Notes under the pieces: generated by a model
What the model saw: only the letters and a program-made list of their open reading frames with translations
What the model was told of the DNA's origin: nothing
Databases searched by the model: none
NCBI GenBank assembly: GCA_963828525.1
Contig: CAWHEP010000011.1
Span: 96,001 to 160,000, forward strand
DNA from: an uncultured Verrucomicrobiae bacterium
GTDB taxonomy: Bacteria; Verrucomicrobiota; Verrucomicrobiia; Chthoniobacterales; Chthoniobacteraceae
Length of the DNA stretch: 64,000 bases
Direction: 5' to 3'
In this document: positions 61,018 to 64,000 of the stretch, one piece after another
Numbering within the stretch: position 1 is the stretch's first letter
Layout of the letters: each line of letters begins with the position of its first letter
Program-made: the position numbers and the translations under genes

Positions 61018-62553
61018 TCAAGCAGCGGGCGATGCCGGCAGCACAACAGTTTGAAAGGCCGCCGTGTGGACATTACCCCCGGTTTTGAACTGCACCCAGA
61101 CGCGATAGCTGCCGGGCGAGGGGAATTCATAGGGAATGGTAATCACCGAAGCACCGGACGCGGGATGATTCATCCCTGGCATGTCTGCCATACCTTCCGC
61201 CTCAGGAGCCGCGCCGCCTGCTTCCATCCTCATCTTGCGCTCAAAGAACGCCTGAGCTGCCATCGAATAGTTCCCGGAAGGGTGCAGATGGTCGAACACC
61301 GCGCCATCCTCGCGCAACACGGCCGCGTGGCTCAGCATTCCCATATAAGGCTCCAGCAAGGCGTGACGCCCGGTGGCGTCGCGCGCTTCGAAGCGCATCG
61401 CGGCATCTTTCTGGGCGTGGAGAGCGCCATGAGCCTTCCATGCAAGCTCCAACCCGTCGCCGACCGGGCAGACGGCGTCTGTGTCTGGAACCGTCTCAAT
61501 CGCCCGCGTGTTGATAGCCCAGGAATCATCCCGATCCACTGTTACCAATGCATTTTCCGGGGAAGCGGGAGGCAAGGCTGGAATTCTCACTGAAGCAGTA
61601 CCGGTTCCGCTGAATCCAGAGCCGCCAAGTGTCATGTCGCAGAAGATCTTATATTCTCCCTCCGGCAGCGGGGGCAACGCCACATCGAAAGTCTTGCCGC
61701 CCGTGCGAACCGGATGGAGATGGGCGAACGAGTCGCGGTCTGGCTCGCGGATCATGAAAAAGTGCAAGAGTTTGCCGTGATCGGGAATGAGCGGGAGAGA
61801 GGGATACGACGCGAATGCTTTCGCCCCGATGACAAGATGAAGCACCCGCTGGGAACCCGCCACGCGCGCGGAAGCGGCGAGGTCGGGCCAGGCTCCCTCA
61901 TGCAGATGCCTGCGGAAAATCCGTTCTTCCGACCCCCACCAGCGGCTTCCCCCGAGAAGAAGGAGGGCGAAAAGCAGAAGCGCGGCGGAGCAGCCCACCA
62001 GGCCCCTGAGGCGCTCTGTTGTGCCGGGCCGCTGACCCGCCGGCAGCACAGCCTCTCCCGTTGCCGCAGCCACAATCGCCGCCCCGCCCCCGACGAGGCC
62101 CACTCCCAGCGCAGCCAACAACACCTTCAGGAAAAGCGGCAGGGGGAGCTGGCTGGTTGCCACCGAGTTTACCGGTATTTGGATGCTCGCCCGGCCCGCC
62201 TTCCCTTGGATTTGCACTTCAATACTGTAAGCGCCGGAACTCATCAGCCAGAGTTCGCCCTCATACTTGTTCGGCTGGCCAGGCACCGGGCGCCCGGCAT
62301 CCGCGGGCGGGGCGTTCTTCACCGACGTCATATAGAACAGGGGAAGAAAAGAGACCGCCACAGGTTCCCTTGTCCCCATCTGGACGAAGATGTGAGCCTG
62401 TCCTGGAACCACAGGCGGCATACGGATTGTTATACTGGTCGTGTATGCTCCGACCTGTCCTTCATAGAAGACATCGGGACTTCCGATGTGGGCTTCGGCC
62501 CGGGACAGAAATGAACAGAGGAGAATTGTCAGAGCAGCCAGGCGCAGTCTCAT
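61018..62553 (-). CDS. Secreted two-TM His/Met-rich putative copper protein (PmoB-like topology)
   Basis: Signal ..SRAEA|HIG (His1), a beta-rich domain, two TM helices, two repeats with H/M..H..FxHLHP, and a Met-rich linker. Confidence 0.75.
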   Translation of the reverse strand: MRLRLAALTILLCSFLSRAEAHIGSPDVFYEGQVGAYTTSITIRMPPVVPGQAHIFVQMGTREPVAVSFLPLFYMTSVKNAPPADAGRPVPGQPNKYEGELWLMSSGAYSIEVQIQGKAGRASIQIPVNSVATSQLPLPLFLKVLLAALGVGLVGGGAAIVAAATGEAVLPAGQRPGTTERLRGLVGCSAALLLFALLLLGGSRWWGSEERIFRRHLHEGAWPDLAASARVAGSQRVLHLVIGAKAFASYPSLPLIPDHGKLLHFFMIREPDRDSFAHLHPVRTGGKTFDVALPPLPEGEYKIFCDMTLGGSGFSGTGTASVRIPALPPASPENALVTVDRDDSWAINTRAIETVPDTDAVCPVGDGLELAWKAHGALHAQKDAAMRFEARDATGRHALLEPYMGMLSHAAVLREDGAVFDHLHPSGNYSMAAQAFFERKMRMEAGGAAPEAEGMADMPGMNHPASGASVITIPYEFPSPGSYRVWVQFKTGGNVHTAAFQTVVLPASPAA

Positions 62554-63698
62554 CGTTGCACTTTCCTCATCCACCCGCCCCAGAGCAGCCCGAGCCACGA
62601 ACCGATGGCTGCCAGCACCCAACTGATTGTGAGGGTCGACGGCCCGACCGCCTCCCCCCGCCAGAATGTCGTCCGGTAATTCCCCGGTCCGGCCCCGTAG
62701 CTCCAGATTCGGTTTCCAGCGAAGAACCAGTTATCCGCGCGCGGAGAGATCAGGAACGCCGCGAAATACCACTGTGCCGCGAGCAGCAGGATCAGGAAAA
62801 TGGCGCCCAAGGCGACAGACAGCGGCAAGGTCCGCCGCCAGCCACCCTCCTGGCCCCACCGGCGCAGAGCCATATCAATCCCAACGGCTGGGAAGATCAG
62901 TAACAGAGGGAATGGAGGTGGCACCATGCGCGTGAGAGGATTGAAAATCGGCGCGAGCTTCGGCTGCGCGGGAAACAGCGGCAGCACCCAGATCATGAAG
63001 CACTCCAGCCCCATGTAAACCGCCGCCGCCCGCGTGGCGGCCCAGCGAATCCGGCCCGCCCGGCCAAGCGCCACGATGCGAAATGGCAAGACCATTGAAC
63101 ATACCTCGTAAAAGAGGGCCGTATGCTGCTGATTGGGATAGGAGTATTCGCTCACGAATACACTTCCCAGCGTGAGGAAAATGCCCCCCACGTAAACAAA
63201 CAGTCCCGCTCCAGCGCCATCGTCCCCGCGATTCTGTCGAGACAGCACCAGGAGCAGCGCTCCGATGCTGATCCCCAGCAACCCAAACCCCAGGAGCACA
63301 TGCGGCGGGCTGAGGATCTTTACGTCCAGCCCATAAGCGGCATGCCACCAGTTGTCGAACGGCGCGGAGGTCAGCATCGCGACCGCGCCCCAGATCGCCA
63401 CGAACGCGCCTAATGGAGCGCGGGCGCCGAGAATTCCAACTGAAGAATCCCGGGTCTGCTCATCGCCCAGGAATGTGCATTTAAATGCCAGCCAGCCTCC
63501 CGTAAAACCGCCCAGCACTCCTCCCACGTAGATAGCCATATGCGCCGGCGTCCAGAACGTGTCACGGCCAATGGTTGTGTGCCAGGAGATGTCCCAGATG
63601 ATACCCACCGTCATGCTCGTAGCTGCTACGCTCAACAGCACGGCTGGCCAGAAAGCTCTCTCGCTTGAAGAAGAGGAGGGGAGGTTAACCACTGTCAT
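62550..63698 (-). CDS. Polytopic membrane protein with PmoC/AmoC-like metal motifs and PmoA-like C-half
   Basis: WDISWHTTIGRDTFWTPAH and FDNWWHAAYGLDVKILSPPH motifs; about 10 TM helices; ATGA overlap with the downstream gene. Confidence 0.75.
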   Translation of the reverse strand: MTVVNLPSSSSSERAFWPAVLLSVAATSMTVGIIWDISWHTTIGRDTFWTPAHMAIYVGGVLGGFTGGWLAFKCTFLGDEQTRDSSVGILGARAPLGAFVAIWGAVAMLTSAPFDNWWHAAYGLDVKILSPPHVLLGFGLLGISIGALLLVLSRQNRGDDGAGAGLFVYVGGIFLTLGSVFVSEYSYPNQQHTALFYEVCSMVLPFRIVALGRAGRIRWAATRAAAVYMGLECFMIWVLPLFPAQPKLAPIFNPLTRMVPPPFPLLLIFPAVGIDMALRRWGQEGGWRRTLPLSVALGAIFLILLLAAQWYFAAFLISPRADNWFFAGNRIWSYGAGPGNYRTTFWRGEAVGPSTLTISWVLAAIGSWLGLLWGGWMRKVQR

Positions 63699-63819
63699 GC
63701 GGGTAAAAATGGGGCGATGAAATTCCACGAAGACGATGAGTCATCGCGCGGGGAACGCAAGAAATCGTAAATAAGTGCCAGCTTGACGCGTTCGCAATTG
63801 AGGAAACACTGAGAGCGAA

Positions 63820-64000
63820 ATGAAAAAGTTTCTCCTCCTGCTGCCATCGCTCCTTCTCAGCGCCTCCCTTCTCCTGGCGCAGGGTCCCTCGGACGATGCG
63901 CAAAGAGGCTTCGCCAAACCGCTCAATGTTGCGCCTTCTTCCGAGCGGAGAGAAACGGAGATCGAGCCGAAGATTATCCGGCAGGAGACCGTGGATGTTC
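63820..64000 (+). CDS. Secreted protein, 3'-truncated by the window end
   Basis: MKKFLLLLPSLLLSASLLLAQ signal peptide; frame open to the end of the window. Confidence 0.65.
   Translation, partial: MKKFLLLLPSLLLSASLLLAQGPSDDAQRGFAKPLNVAPSSERRETEIEPKIIRQETVDV

Noticed and set aside
61018..63698. Calling the locus a bona fide pMMO/AMO (methanotrophy or nitrification)
   Set aside because: The sequences are highly divergent, the PmoA DWDFW motif and the PmoB HxH are missing, and there are no supporting pathway genes in the window. Only a distant relationship is proposed.
63765..63781. Sigma-54 promoter for the CuMMO-like operon (TGGCACTTATTTACG, minus strand)
   Set aside because: The -24 element is good but there is no GC at -12 with 10-nt spacing.
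1..64000. CRISPR arrays, tRNA or rRNA genes
   Set aside because: No regularly spaced repeats, cloverleaf or rRNA signatures were seen, and the intergenic gaps are short.

Overview
This is a gene-dense, moderately GC-rich bacterial window from the PVC superphylum, most likely Verrucomicrobiota. The assignment rests on the PVC signature small basic protein at 46217-46372, which the ORF track misses. Most of the content is housekeeping: pckG, a DUF4178/speE/amine-oxidase/speD polyamine operon, deaD, pyrRBC with a PyrR RNA site, apbC, rpoN plus an NtrC-family activator, nth, a urea/guanidine carboxylase with two UAAP/Cgd-type genes, queFCED, an SPFH pair, shc, copCD, sufT/iscU/rhodanese, ppk2, ndh, hpf, actP and an HscA-like Hsp70. 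Many genes carry single-base frameshifts that look like long-read indel errors. There are two small toxin-antitoxin-like loci and a cluster of mobile-element relics at about 58.0-59.1 kb. The best candidate for a novel system is the two-gene operon at 61018-63698 (-). Its first gene is a membrane protein whose N-half has both PmoC/AmoC-type copper-ligand motifs at the correct spacing and whose C-half resembles PmoA. Its second gene is a secreted, two-TM protein with a mature N-terminal His and PmoB-like topology. Together they suggest a divergent copper membrane monooxygenase (CuMMO)-like system with fused C and A subunits. Also notable is the Cys at the Asn/Asp substrate-specificity position of the urea/guanidine carboxylase. 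All family assignments come from motif recognition by eye; no database search was run.
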